NCBI GenBank assembly: GCA_907165135.1
Contig: OU015568.1
Span: 13,454,001-13,518,000, forward strand
Direction: 5' to 3'
Length of the DNA stretch: 64,000 bases
Source of the DNA: Oikopleura dioica
Taxonomy: Eukaryota > Animalia > Chordata
A program made the position numbers and the translations under genes. The notes beneath the pieces are model-generated. The model made no database searches. It saw only the letters and a list, made by a program, of their open reading frames with translations, and was not told the DNA's origin. Below are positions 15,371 through 29,100 of this stretch, in pieces (positions within the stretch are counted from its first letter, which is position 1; each line of letters starts with the position of its first letter).

Positions 15371-16445
15371 TCAGCGCGCGACTTGGCGCCACCCGCCCAC
15401 GCAAATCGGGACTGTCTCGCAGCATCCAGAAAAGTCGTCGACCATCGATCCGAAAGTGATTGTGTGAATTCATAGCAACTTCAGAGCAGCTGACTGTAAA
15501 TCTCAATTTTTCATCAGAAATTAATAATTTTTCAAACTTCATTTAAAAATCCAACGATTTTGGGGCGTGGCTGGTTGTTTTCGAAACCAAGGTTATTCGC
15601 GTTCTTTGTTCAACTTTTTTTTTTATTTTCAAAGCTGTGACTTCTTTCTTATATTCAACGAATTTGACTTTTTTTATTGGTTTTTTGGCACTGGAAAGAT
15701 GTTTCTTTAGGGACAATTTCCTGGAAAATTGCCAGTTTGCCGGCGACGTGGCCAACCATCCGTAAAGACAATACTTAGTCAGCTTGAGATAATGGCGAAA
15801 ATTTTCGCGAAAGGTGGCCAGGGTCGACATCTTTCTGTTGCCGAAAACACGAAAATGTGAATTTTGAAAAGGTCATTTTCTTGGCTCGAAGGAAGCATCC
15901 TTGATAAATCTTTTCCATTCACAGGATCGCCAGCGTCTGCCTAACGTAAGAATCCTTCAGTGAAAGACTGCATCAACTGTCTTACAGACAGAAATCTAAA
16001 TGAAATAATTTCGAGAACGGGTAGATTCAAGTCTATTTCGAGCTATTCAGTTCAGAAGTCTCGTATCGATTTTTGATGATTTTCCATTTTCCCAAGAGAG
16101 AGCAGACTTATCACGAGAATAGATTATTGACCTGTCCCAAGGAGAGTGTATTTGACTGTCTTTTTCCATGCCGTATTTGCGCAAATATGCGAAAGACAAG
16201 TTCGATTCCCAAAAAAGGAAAATGAATATTTTCATTCTTCGTTTTTTTTTCATTTTATTGCTCATAAAACAAATTAATTTTGAAACTAATCATGGTTTGC
16301 ATCATTAATTGTTTAGGAAACTTCTGAGTCAGATTCTGATTTCTCCCTTTGTCATCAAAATACAAAAGATTTTGCTAGAACCTGCTCGAAAGATATTCTG
16401 AATAAGAAAGTTTCTTTCAGAGAAGAAAAATTTCGATTTTGAAAA

Positions 16446-18041
16446 ATGACGGAAGGAATGAGGCCAAATTTCGATGTTGACTGGGAGACGCTTTCCGAGC
16501 TGGATAAGAAATCGTTGATAGCACTTGTTAGCTCGGCTGAATTTGAAGTAAGAAGGGGAAACGAGCTTGCGATTAAATATATCAAATTGGAAGGAAAAGG
16601 GCTTTTAAGGGTTATGAAGAATTATCATTCTTCCCTAGAAAAATACAGTAGTTTTTACGATTTTTAAAGTAGCTATAAGAATGGCATTTTCCAAAGCCAA
16701 ATAATAGCCGTCTGTGCGGTAATGCGAGCAATCGACAACCCAGACGACGAAATCCAGGAGCCCTGTCGTCGACTCTGTTTTGAAGCATTCCAGCACCTTT
16801 CCCCTGCTGATAAAATCCGAGCGACCGGAGAAATGCAGAAAATGTACCAAAACGGCCTTTCCGCCAAGCATTTCCGTTTTTTAATTTGCGAAACATTCGA
16901 CGGAATGCGCACAGAAGGATGCAGAAAAACGCTTATGAAGCTGCTTTTTACCGATGTTGGAGTTCAGGCTTGCAAGGCGCTAAAAAGTTACAAAGCGCCT
17001 TCAGAAAGGGATTTGAACGAATTGGTCATTAATGCCAAGGATAATGCGATTCATATCATGAGAACTATCGAACTTGCAGCGAACTACGAAGAAACTCAGA
17101 AGTTCGCTAGAGATACGATCCTCGATGCGATCCACTTATTCTCCAGGGATGTTCTTGCGATTCTAAGTTGTCTAGGGCAGGTTCTTTCGGATTCGATTTG
17201 GTTTCTTTTCAGTAAAATGAGTTGCCGTCATATAATTGAACCCCTTCAAAGAAATGATGGGAAGCTTACCGTACATAATTGTTGGAACGTGTATTCCGAT
17301 TCTCCGCGATTACCAGAAAGAATATGAGGAAGCTGGATACACGATGCTGGTTTATGGCGGATTTCTGAAACTCTACACGAGATATTACGTCAACTCGGGC
17401 GACAAATTGCCAGTTTGGTATTTTGAGCAACTCGCAAGAAGGAAAATTGGTGAAAAATCTCTCAAAAAAAAAAGAATTAGTCTGATAAATCATTTTTTAC
17501 CAAAAAAAAAAGTTGTGGGGATGAATCCTTTTTCTTACAGACCTGCACTCTGCTGATGACCGAACGGCCTGAAATCGAGGATCGTCTCCGTAACGATACA
17601 TCGCTTATGCGCGTCATTGATAAAAATTCATCTGTGGACAAAATGCAAGACCTGATCATGGACTGTCTCCGGGCAATTCTTGACAACTCTCTTCTCACAC
17701 AAGATTGCTTCGCCTTTTGGTTTCCTGTTTCTTATGCTCATAAGTTGGTTGTAAACGCGGACGATCCATCGAAAAAGACTCGGGAGCGCGCTTTGAAAAC
17801 GATTCTCGCGACGGCAAAACACAACGATTCGCTCGAATTCTACAAAGGCGTCAACAACTTCAACCAAATCTGGTCCGGCCCAGGATTCACAGACATACGG
17901 GAACAAATATGCCAGCGATTTGCGGCGCTCCCTTCGTTCGAGAAAATCTACGGGAAGGAAATCGCGAAGGTTTGGCGTGGAAGCATCGAGCGTTCGATTC
18001 CCGATCCTCGTGTCGCTACTGATTACGATTTCATCTGTTGA
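16446..18041 (+). CDS. Uncharacterised helical protein, multi-exon, no family recognised
   Basis: A chain of ORFs (16446, 16722, 17236, 17556) can be joined by short GT-AG introns. Same strand as UBR3 and directly upstream of it. Confidence 0.68.
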
Positions 18042-18248
18042 TAAAAGTGCAAGTTTTGTTTCCATATTTCTGCCAGCAGCTGCCTCTGAGCTCCTTTTAT
18101 TTTTATTCGGATATCTTCAGTTAACTTCTCTGATTCATTTATCGAAAAAAATCAAGTCTATTTATTCTAATGATAACACGATCCCACAAAAAATAGAACC
18201 ATCTTCGTTTTCATCCAATTTTTCTTGTCCAGAATGATTTTATGAAAA

Positions 18249-21200
18249 ATGGTGAATGTCCATCGGAAACCGATCCACTCGTTCGGCGAACGCTACAAGG
18301 CTATCGGCCAGGAGATCGCCTCGGCACTCGATCCCACTCGGAACATCGATGCGCAAACTATCGAGGTTCTCAAACGAAACATAGGCGGCGATCAATCCTT
18401 TGAAAGATGGCAGGACAAAATGAAAAGCTATCACAATAGCGGCGCGACGTCATGTGGCAAAATATGGGGCTCAGAGTATATCGCTTACAGGTGTCGAACG
18501 TGTGCCTTTAACTCGTGCATGTCGCTCTGCGCGCCTTGTTTTGAGGCGGGAGACCACGAGGGCCACGATTTCAACATGTTCAAGTCAGGTGCTGGGGGAG
18601 CATGTGACTGTGGCGATACCAACGTTATGTGTGAAAAGGTACAGCTACTAACAATGTTCAAACATAATTCATAATCTAGGGAGTTTGCCCGAAACATGTT
18701 TCAAAAGTCATTGTTGCTCCGAATCCGCCCGCTGAAGCGCTGGAGCCTTGTACGCCAATTATATCTTCAATTGTCTATCGACTACTGCATGAACTGCGAG
18801 TCAAGTTTCAAGACAACAAGAGGGAACAAATCGAAGCATTCTTAAAAGATCGTCTGGAAAAAGAAGAGCGTTCCAGGAGCACAACTAGTTCAACTCGAAC
18901 TCCCAACAGCCCTCAAGACATTCCAGTTCCGCCGCCTCCTGAAGATGTAGAAAGAATGACCGAGAGTCCGCTTCCTACTGAATTCGGGCAGGATGAACCA
19001 ATGCCGGGTGATGAAATAACCGTTCAATCTCCCCCGCCGGAAGGGGGAACCGCTGAACGACCAGATGATATTGTGCCGCTAGAACTAGTCGCTGCCGGGC
19101 TCATGGATGCGGAATCTCCCGAGGTCGAAGAAATGGATACGGACATATTGGATACAGATGAGTTCATTGATCCAACAGAAGAGAATGCGAATGAACGGGG
19201 TGCGGAGCTACTCAGAAGGATAGGCGAGGCACATGGTCACAGGAACGAAATTGAAAACGACTTGAGACAAGTTCACTTCAACAGAGAGCCCGAATTCAAT
19301 GCAGGATTCAGCTTACTAGTCGATTTCTTAATTCAACTCATTCAAATCGGAACAACCCTGCAAGATGTCGTCGTTTCAGTTTTATTCCAATCGCTGGCCG
19401 ATTTCGAAAGCTGCGAACGACCAGAAATGAATCATGAGAACCAGGAAATCTTCAGAAGAACAAGAGACTACGTTTATGAAAAACTACGAGCGTTGAACAA
19501 TTACGTCCATGAAGATGATGAAAAATGCACAGCTGCTCTCAGATTCGATCTCAGTTCAAGTTCCACTGTATTGGAAGAATTCGCTTTCTGGTTATCTCGC
19601 ATGCATTTTCCAGATACGCTCAATAATTTCCTCCTGCATCTTCTACCCAATGATGCGTATAAAGAGCAACTAACTGGTTGTTTTGTCAAGAACTATGTAT
19701 TCACTGCGAAATCGTTGACTATTTCCAACGAGCCTGATTCTTTGGCTAATAGAATTGTTCACATCTCCGTCCAACTTCTTTCTAACGAAGCACTAGTTAT
19801 GCGTATGATTAAAGAACGAAGCTTGCTCGAGGTCTTCATACAATCGCTTGGACTTTTGTTTCGTCAAACATTGAAAGCTGGAATCGACAAGAGAAAAGTC
19901 GTCGATTGTAGACATGAGATTGTTCAGCAAACTGTTTACTGGCCCATTATTTCCGATTTGAACAACTGCCTTCATCATCCTTCTGTAGCAAGAAAACTGG
20001 TAGAATCCTCCAATCTTTACTACGAATATCTTCGAATCATTAATTGGTTCACTGGGATGGATGTTCAGTCACGGGCCATTGGCGATCACATTTCGTATGA
20101 TCGACTCTTTTATGTTTCATTTTATCTGGAGAAAGAAGGATCAGCAGTTCCTCTTAGCGGGATAATTTCGATGCTTACTGGAAAAGAACACTTTGAAAAC
20201 GAGCCGCGGTGGAAAAACACTGTCACCAGTACATGGAAATGCTTGATGAGGGCTTATCGCGATTTTTTCGTTAGCAAAAGTTCTGGAAAAGTTGACCCAG
20301 ATACGATTACGTTTAGTATCTCGCTTCCAAGGCAGATGAGTGCGATAATTTACCACCTTCGGAAGTCTTTGCCCGGATTGGGATGGAAAGAATTCTTCAG
20401 TTTCGAAAGAGATCAGCTGGAATCATTCTTGCATACTGCGCAGCATACAATTGCGGGGATGCATGAGGTACGGGCTCGTGTCTGGGTTCGAAATGGCGAC
20501 AACACCCGTTCTCTTGTCCATGTCTATCGATCAGCTTCGTTCTCAGGGACGACTTTCGATCTTGACTTGCATCTTGTACAACTTGTCTGGGCTTATTTAC
20601 CACCGAATCTGCTGGTTCAGCAGCTTTTTGAACGTCTGAGAGTGTGGAAGATGATAAAATCAGACGAAATTGATGAGGCAATCGATGATATATGCAGTGA
20701 TACTACACTGGACGAGTCTAAAATTGCTTCTTTGCTCGAATCGGCGATGATAACAATTCTGACGACTATTGGAGTTGAAAAGTTCACAACGGAGATAACT
20801 CCCATTGAACAACTGGAGAAGGAAGTTATCTGTGTTTTAGCGGCAAGAGATCGAGGTCATTCAGACCTCGCTGATCAAATCCCTGGGCTATCGGATGTTC
20901 AAGAATACGACGTGAGCAACTTCAAGCTGAAAAGTTCCGACCTTGACGAAGTGCTTGATCGGGTAGCGACGTTCAACAAACCAAAGGATCTTGGAGAAGG
21001 CTCTTACAGTTTATCAGATGCTGGCTGGGCAAAATATGACCCGATCTTTACCCTCCATCGGTGCGTGCTGGTCGAAGATCTCATGCGATGTAGACAAAAA
21101 CACTACCTCAAACTCCGAGGAAAAAGAACTGAAAAAGACGTAAATAGACTTATTGGTCTGAACTATCGTCCGCTGCCAAAACTTTCAGACATGTACAGAG

Positions 21201-24161
21201 GACTCTACGACGTTCTTAAATCATCGTTGCTTCATTCCATCTGCTTTCTGACTTTTTGGCATCATATTCAAGATGAAGAGTGTTTCCGATCCAGTATGGT
21301 AGCATATTGCTTGATTATTCTCGACTGGGCGATTGACACGTCTGACTATGGAAACGTCAAAGATACGGACCCTGAATCTGGTTGGAGTCTTTATTCCTCT
21401 GACTGCATTATGACAAACTCGATGCAAGAGATCGAAGGAAAGGGTTGCATGCTCGACCTTTTGGTAAAGCTCTGTTATCACAAAAACTACAAAAAGGAAG
21501 ATGACAACGAGGGCTTCAATGGAAGCGCTGACTCTGACATGCTTAATCTCATCAAACGAATAATCCTTAAATTTTCGAATAAATCTGCTACTTGTCAAAC
21601 TAAAATCAATGCTGTACGGGCGCAATACGAAGCTAATGAGGAAAAAAGGAGGGCGAAAAATAATAAAGATAGTGGTACTAAAGTTGCGAACAAAAAGCTG
21701 ATGGCCCAAGAAGCGCGTAAACGAGCTCTTGAGAAGATGAAGAAGAAATCTGCCGCATTCAGCACTGAAAATAAGGCAGACCTCGAAGGAATGGGTTCAC
21801 CATTTAGAAATATTTCCGATTTTAGATTTATTAAAAACCCATACGAGAAATCGCAATGGAAACATCAGACGTTGACAGTCCAATCTGTTGCATTTGCCGC
21901 CAAGGTGGTGACAACCTCGCTCTTATGTGCTACGTTCACAGAACGAAAATCAGCCATTATCAAACAACCGGTCAAGACAATAAACTGGAGCTCTTCAATC
22001 GTTACAGAGAAAATATGCAAGTGAATGTGTGCCAGCAAACAGCATGGAAGTGTTTTGGGGGAGGAAGAAGAAAGGAGTCTCTGGGCATTGATGATCGTAT
22101 GGAGGAGCCATATGTAGCATCAATGGACAACATCAATAATGCACAGTCGGCTGATGTTTTTGTCAGAGACGCCGACCACGAAGACATCCAGCACAATGCA
22201 AAAACAGTTCTCAAAACATGCGGTCATTATATCCATATTAAATGCCACAGGACAAACTCATCAAAGCCGCCCGAAAGTACGGACTTAGTCGTTTTCGACC
22301 ATAATTACGCCTGTCCCATGTGCCGTTGCTTATATTCAGTTCTTTTACCGACTGGAAAGGACTTTTCAATCTACGGCTTGAGTGTTCGACATCCAGACGA
22401 AAAATGTCATTAGTTCGAACCAGCGACGTCATTCCACATCACAATTCCCAAGAACAAGACTTTTTATTATACTATTCAATTTTGCGCTCCCTGCGACAAC
22501 ATGGGAAGACATTTACTGGATCAAATCTGATGGGTCATTCTCTTTCCGCCTTTCAAGATATGCTCGAACTGGATATTCTAAGTATAGAGTCTGATGCGTC
22601 AAACAATCATAGGACTCCTCTTCGAGAACTTATTGAAAACTCACGATCTAAAATGCCTCTTGAATTTGAAAAATATTCTCGACATGTCAATCTCATATTC
22701 CAACTTCTTCATAACAACATGCAAATTGATCTAACTTTCAATTACGACACGCCTATTTATACGCCTATTCTGATTATGGATCCAAAAAGGTTGCTGCTTC
22801 TTTTCGCAATTTCAATGAAATCGATGTCTCAAACGCTTTTCCAGACATTTGTCAAGGCTCTCTTCAAACTCTCTTATGTTCAAGCCTGCGTCAAGATCAT
22901 TCTCGAGCACAATCTCTTTTCTCCATCCGATTTGTCCTCAGATTTGCCTCCAAAAACAAAGGTTATTTTCTCAACCATAGCGTCGATCATCCGCGACGAA
23001 GAAGCTGCTTTTGGAGTCAATGCCCTCGGAGAATACATTTCTTCATCAGTTCTTACAAAAAGTGCGCTTTTGGAAAAAATTCAGCAGTATATGACGCCTT
23101 TCATAAAAATGTCGGCTTTGCTGTGTCACCACGTGTTTCCATACTCACACAGTATCGAGCCTGATCTCAAGTGGAGCACAAAGCATGATGTTTTCAGTCT
23201 CTGCAGCTACATTGGTAAAACAGACAATGTTTTAACTTCGTTTCATATTATTTCTTAGGAATAATACCAGAACTCGCGAATAATGATGCTATCAACGAAC
23301 TAACGGAGGCTAAATTTGACCTAGTCGACCTCTTCTTCGAGCCAGTACCTTTTATTCAAAATCTGCTTCAGTAAGTTCGTCTTGGATTAAATTCTTCAAT
23401 CTTTTTAGAAATTACTTACACGCTGCTAATCTCAACACCAAAAAACTCCCTCCCGGAAAGAATAACAATAAAAAGAGTTTTCTTTCTAATTCTGCCGCCG
23501 TTCTTCTAAAGCCCGTCTTCTTCAACAAGCCCCAATTGCTAAAACCTCCAAGTAATAATAAAATACTCAACATTTTCTTCATGAAGATTTAGAACTATTC
23601 CGTGATCTACTCAATTCATGTTTGAAAACGCCTTGTCAAGCCTGTGGAAAACTACCAAAGAAGAGCGTCATTTGTCTTGTCTGTGGCGAGTTAATTTGTT
23701 ATAACGAGCATGATAATCGAAGCCAAGCTGATAACCCCTGTCATGAGGCTGGCCACATTTCCCCTATCAAGTAAAAATAATGTAGAGAACCATTTCGCCA
23801 TTGAGTTGTTTAGATCTCATATTGATAAATGCTCCGCTGGGAACGGAATCTTCTTCGTTCTCTTCGATGTCTCCATTATGATCATCAGAAACAACATGAT
23901 CCTTCGACGTTGGGGCTCCATTTACCTCGATAAATACGAAGAGGAAGACTTCAAAATCAGACGCGGGAAACCACTCTATTTGTCCGAGACGCGATTCAAC
24001 ATCCTCGAGAAAATTTGGATCAGCTCTGCTTTCCCAAGGTTTGTTAGTTTGAGAAAGACAACGCCGAAATAGTTTTTAGCGAAAGCCCTCGCCAAAATCG
24101 CGAACGCTTTGGGTTTGTGCAACCTTCATCAACTTGGCACCGATTTCGTGAAAATATATAA
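18249..24161 (+). CDS. UBR3: E3 ubiquitin ligase UBR3 (UBR box, RING-H2, C-terminal UBR domain)
   Basis: UBR box AYRCRTCAFNSCMSLCAPCFEAGDHEGHDFNMFKSGAGGACDCGD (UBR3-type), RING CCICRQ..KTCGHYIHIKCH..CPMCR, and C-terminal RRWGSIYLDKYEEED..RRGKPLYLS. Confidence 0.93.
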
Positions 24162-24327
24162 AAAATACTTCATTCTACTTTGAATCTTCATATTCAAAGA
24201 ATTAACTGTTCTTGAAAAAATAAATATTTTCTTTCGCAGAACAAACAGACTCATATTTTATGTTCAAATAAATCTTGCGTATCTTGTTTCCACCCGCATA
24301 CTCAAAGAGTTGCATTTTAAGAGAAAC

Positions 24328-25297
24328 ATGGCGCAGGAAGTTTCGTCAAATAAGAGTTTTGGAGGAGTCCAGAAGGTTTACTCACATGAGGTACGATTTC
24401 TTTTGTGTTCTCTTCGTTGACGCTAATCTAAGAGTAAAGTCCTTGGATGTTCCATGAAATTTGCAGTTTATACTCCTCCAGGCGATGGGCCATTTCCTGT
24501 TCTTTGGTTTCTTTCTGGACTTACTTGTACTGAAGCCAATTGTGTCCAGAAAGGATCTTTCCAGCAAAGTGCGGCCGCCCAAGGAATCGGTAAGCTCTTT
24601 TTCGCGGTAATTTTAAGTTTACTCAATATTTAGTTGTCATTTGCCCAGACACCTCGCCACGTGGAATCGACATCGAAGGAGACAACGACTCCTGGGACTT
24701 TGGCACCGGTGCCGGCTTTTACGTCAACGCGACTGAGGAAAAGTGGAAGCCGTACAGAATGTACGAGTACGTGACCGAGGAGCTTCCATCTGTTTGCGCG
24801 GCACTTCTGGGCGACAAGGCCAATATGGCGAAGCAGTCAATTACCGGGCACTCCATGGGTGGTCATGGAGCGCTCATTTGCGCGATGAAGAATCCATCAA
24901 AATATCAATCAGTGAGCGCTTTCTCGCCCATTTGTGCGCCGATGAACTGTCCTTGGGGACAGAAAGCTTTCTCTGGCTACTTGGGCGAAGACAAGTCGAC
25001 TTGGGAAGCTTATGATGCGAGCAAACTTGCAGGTTTCAACTTGCTTCTTGAACCGTTTCTAAAATCTATCTTTCAGAAAAGTACAGTGGACCAAAGTTGA
25101 AGGTACTCATCGACCAGGGCTCCGTCGATGATTTTCTGATCAAAGGACAGCTTTTGCCCGAGCAGTTTGTTGCCGCTGCTCTCAAAAACGACCAGTTGGA
25201 AGTCGAATATCGCCTTCAAGAGGGATACGATCACTCCTACTTTTTTATTTCTTCTTTCATGAAAGACCACATTGAATTCCATGCAAAGTTCTTCTAA
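24328..25297 (+). CDS. ESD: S-formylglutathione hydrolase (esterase D)
   Basis: Motifs [36 protein letters not shown] and GYDHSYFF. Confidence 0.97.
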
Positions 25298-25350
25298 TCT
25301 AACAAATCCTGATTCTCAAATTAATCTTATTTATTTTGACTTTCAGAATC

Positions 25351-25825
25351 ATGCCAAACCACGTCACAGGATACGCTGAGTGGCAAGAATTTGTTAAAAG
25401 TAACAGCGGGAAAGACATCTTCGCGCTCTTCTGTGGAGGCAAGGATGAAAATGGGAAGAGCTGGTGCCCGGACTGCGTCACTGCCGAACCTGTACGTTTT
25501 GCTTGTCGAATTATTTTCAGTAAGATGTTTAGGTTGTCCACGGCGAATTAGGAAGACTGCCGGAAGGCGCTGTTTTCGTACATGTCGACGTCGGAGGACG
25601 AACTTACTGGAAGAATAAAAGAACGACTTCCGAGTTGACCCTAAACTCAAGCTCACAGGAGTGCCGACACTCTTAAAATATGGCGAGAAGGTTCGATTTA
25701 CGCTCGTCAAATTTCTGACGCAACTCTTTTTGCAGTGCAGAGTTGAGTACGTATTTTAGAACAAACTGGTCGAAGACCAACTCTTCAAACCCGATCTGAT
25801 TCAAATGCTGTTTGAAGAAGAATAA
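25351..25825 (+). CDS. TXNDC17: Thioredoxin domain-containing protein 17 (TRP14)
   Basis: Motifs SWCPDCVTAEP and GVPTLLKYG. Apparent 1-nt deletion in the A-run at 25617-25620. Confidence 0.92.
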
Positions 25826-26156
25826 AGTCGCGGATTCAGCAATTCATTCACTTGTTCTGTATTCAAAAGCAATTCATTGACAAGCCTCTTCATTGTAGAT
25901 CTGTAAATCTGCACTGAAATTCTGCAATTCATCATCAAATAAAAACGTCTAACCGACCATGTGACCGCGAAACCAGAGACGAGTGGTTGAAACATTCGTC
26001 TTTGTTGCTTTTAATTATTGACTTTTTAAATATTACTTGATCGATAAATTACTGCTGCCTGGGGGCATCGTCGAGCAAGAATCTGAAGTGGCTCATATTG
26101 AGCAACTCTTTTGAAAGTTTGGGAGGACTCCAGAGCTTGATCCATAAAAGAGCCTA

Positions 26157-29100
26157 ATGAGATTTGAAAGGAAAAAGAGAGAAATTGCAGCGGCGCATAG
26201 AGCTTTAGCGGCGTATGGATTGAATGAAGGCGTAAATGGAGGTTTATAAAGTTAAATCAATGTCTGCTTTTCTGCAGAAACAATCAGTAAACCCCCTAAA
26301 GAATCATATATCATGCAGAGTAGAGGATGGGCAAAAGAAAAGCGATATCATTCTGATGGTTTGCTCGGCGTTTATGACTTTTTATGTTCATTTAGTAGGC
26401 GCCATTTGGAATTCAATGGGACGACATTTCACCAGAAGATATTTTGGAAGTCACTCTTGATGGAAAATGGCTTTGTGGTGAAAAATGGATTGATTTAGAT
26501 TTCATTAAAAGGGAGAGTGGTCTCCGTTTGCCCAAGCCGCCGTTTGCCCAAGTCGCCGTCTGCCCAAGTCGCCGTTTGCCCAACTTGGGCAGACGGAGAT
26601 CTTAGGCAAACGGCGATGTGAATTTTTTTAATTGATTGATCATAAAATGATAGAAGTAAGGCGACAATTTCATTATCATCACTTAGTCTGCTGGTTGCGC
26701 TCTGATTTGCAGAAACTTTCAGGTGAAAACAAAGGTTGTCCTGTGATGTCTTTTGAACGGTTATTAACCGTGGATCCTTGACAAGACCACCACAATTTTC
26801 TTACTTTTATATTGTTTTTCAATAGTTGTATCCGATTTTCGAATAAATTCTTGAGCATAAACACATAAATAAGAGACGAAATGAAAAAACAGTATCGTGG
26901 ACTCTACGGAAGCTTTCCGAATTATGACATCGTTTACATTGATAACGAAGAGCCTTCGTAATGGATGGTTTAATTATGAAAGTCGCTAAATTCTCAATAA
27001 AAGTACTAATAAACTATTCCCGGAAGAGTTAATCATTCATTATACTTGAAGTATATTCGGTCGGTCATTAGGTCGGTCATTCGGTATATTCCGAATATTC
27101 CGACGGTCCATAAATAGAGTTTCCTCACACTGCAGCCGCGAAGCGGACATTAGTTTTTTGATGAGCCAGAAAATATGCTTGACTTTGGTACCGGGTACCA
27201 ATTTGGTTCCGGCACCGTCCGTCTCCCGGAGGTTTTGGGAAAAGTTCCATCAGTTTTTCCCTTTTTCTCACTTCTCACAATGACTGTTTTCCCTAAGTTT
27301 CAATAAGAAACATTTCCAAAAATAGAACGGACCGAAAATGAATCACAAGAAACAGCATTATGGGAAAACATCAATTCAACCAAGTTGGGGATTAGCGCTT
27401 GTGAGGACTCGGCGCATCCATCGTTTCCTCAATGTGTAGGCCTCGGACGTAAAACTAGCGAATCTATCCTATCCTGCTAATTTTGATTTCATAATTAATT
27501 TCTTTAAGGGGGAGTATCACGCCTTTTTCAAAGTCGGTATTTTAATAATCTCTTTCCAGATTCTTGTAGCTTAGGCCTTGACTAACAAAAAAGATATTGA
27601 GTATTTTTAGAATTATTCAGAAAAAATACCCGAAAAACGACATTGAAACTTGCCCCGTCCCGCCTTATGACATTTTTCGAGGGCATTCTTGGTGAAAAAA
27701 TTTTTTATCAGAGTGTTTTTTTTACGTTTACATGCATTTTTTCTATCGAAGATGAATGTCCTTTTACAAAAAATACCATAAAATCTTTTTTTTTTTGACT
27801 TTTTTAATACGTATAGATTTCATGAAAATTTTCATTTTTGGTAACACTTTTTCAAAAAAAAAAATTTTGTTAAGAATTTCTTGGGCTCAGGAAAATTCCT
27901 TCAAAACAGCCTTAGATAAGGGTTTGAACTTTCTTAAACCAGTTAGAATTCCAGGATCCGACTTCATTTATTTAGAAAAATTTTAATCCTCCGAGAGCCC
28001 AAAATCGCGATTTTTGAAAAACGGGGTTGACTCTTAGCTCTCTACTGCCAAAACCGGTTGAGTAAATTCAAATCCGAGAAAAACAGCACTAGATATTGGT
28101 CATATCTATCGACCACAGGCGGAATTTTAGCGATATCTAAGGTGTGCTGGAAATGAGAGCAAGTCTCCGACCCCCCTTTAGCCCAAAATCCGTGATACTC
28201 CCCCTTAAGGACCCCCCCATCAAGATGAAAAAAGTCAAAATCTTCTAAGTTTTTTAGCTTTTTTGGGTAGTTTAGACGACGAGGAAGAACTTTTATTCAG
28301 AAAATTTTTTTGCTCTTTAAGAAAATTTTGTCAGAAATTTGCTCCGAAAATTAAAAATTTGCGTTTTAATTTTCATAAGAATCTTAAGCTCGCTATTTTT
28401 TAGTGATTATTAAGGGTAAACCCATCATAAAAACTATTTTTATCACAAAAAGGAGTACAAAAACATAATTAATAAGGCAATTTAGGGAATAAAAACTGAA
28501 AATATAAATCTGGAAATTCGCCTAAAATTCGACTGATTAAATTTTAAAGAGGCTTTCCTCCTAAAGTTCGTTAGCCAAAAACTCTCAAAAGGGGAACGGT
28601 CGCAGCTAAGGGCCTTAACTTTATCCTGAAAAAAAATTAAGGGTATACCCCAATTAAAAACCCGAAAAAAACCTTCACTAAGCAACCTTACCTTTAATGG
28701 CCTGTATAACCTTAAGTTTGATATCGAGATATCACCATAAAGGGAACGGTTGCAGGCGAGGGTTCGATCTAAAGCTTGCAGTTTAAATTAAGGGTATACC
28801 TAAGATAGTTTCCGAGAAAATCGTTCACTAAAGAGACGTATTTTGACGATTCTTGATGGGGGGGTCCTTAAATTGAATTATGATTATATTTTCAATTTGA
28901 TCGCCCTCTGCCCAAGATCGCCGTTTGCCCAAGTCTCCGTCTGCCCAAGTTGGGCAAACGGCGATCTTGGGCAGACGGCGACTTGGGCAAACGGCGACTT
29001 GGGCAAACGGAGACCACTCTAAAAGGGAGCCCAAACTGCTTTTGAACCAGCCCCTCGATGCCGCGTTCTATTTGCATTCACAAATTTACAAGGATCATCA

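Larger units (their letters stand above)
16446..25825 (+). other. Probable operon: unknown ORF-UBR3-ESD-TXNDC17
   Basis: All on the same strand, with gaps of 207, 166 and 53 nt. Confidence 0.55.
26515..29019. mobile_element. MULE/Foldback-like non-autonomous element (about 1.14 kb plus two nested MITEs)
   Basis: TIR begins GAGTGGTCTCCG, followed by inverted arrays of about 16-bp TTTGCCCAAGTCGCCG units. 9-bp TSD TAAAAGGGA (26506-26514 and 29020-29028). Confidence 0.88.

Noticed and set aside
26040-26156. Coding-like frame with two stops upstream of the aldolase ATG (pseudogene?)
   Set aside because: It can be explained as 5' UTR or a short intron, and the downstream catalytic motifs are intact.
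26521-26600. Regular 16-bp repeats resembling a CRISPR array
   Set aside because: No unique spacers, mirrored at 28910-29010 as inverted arms, and eukaryotic context. They are Foldback-type TIR modules.
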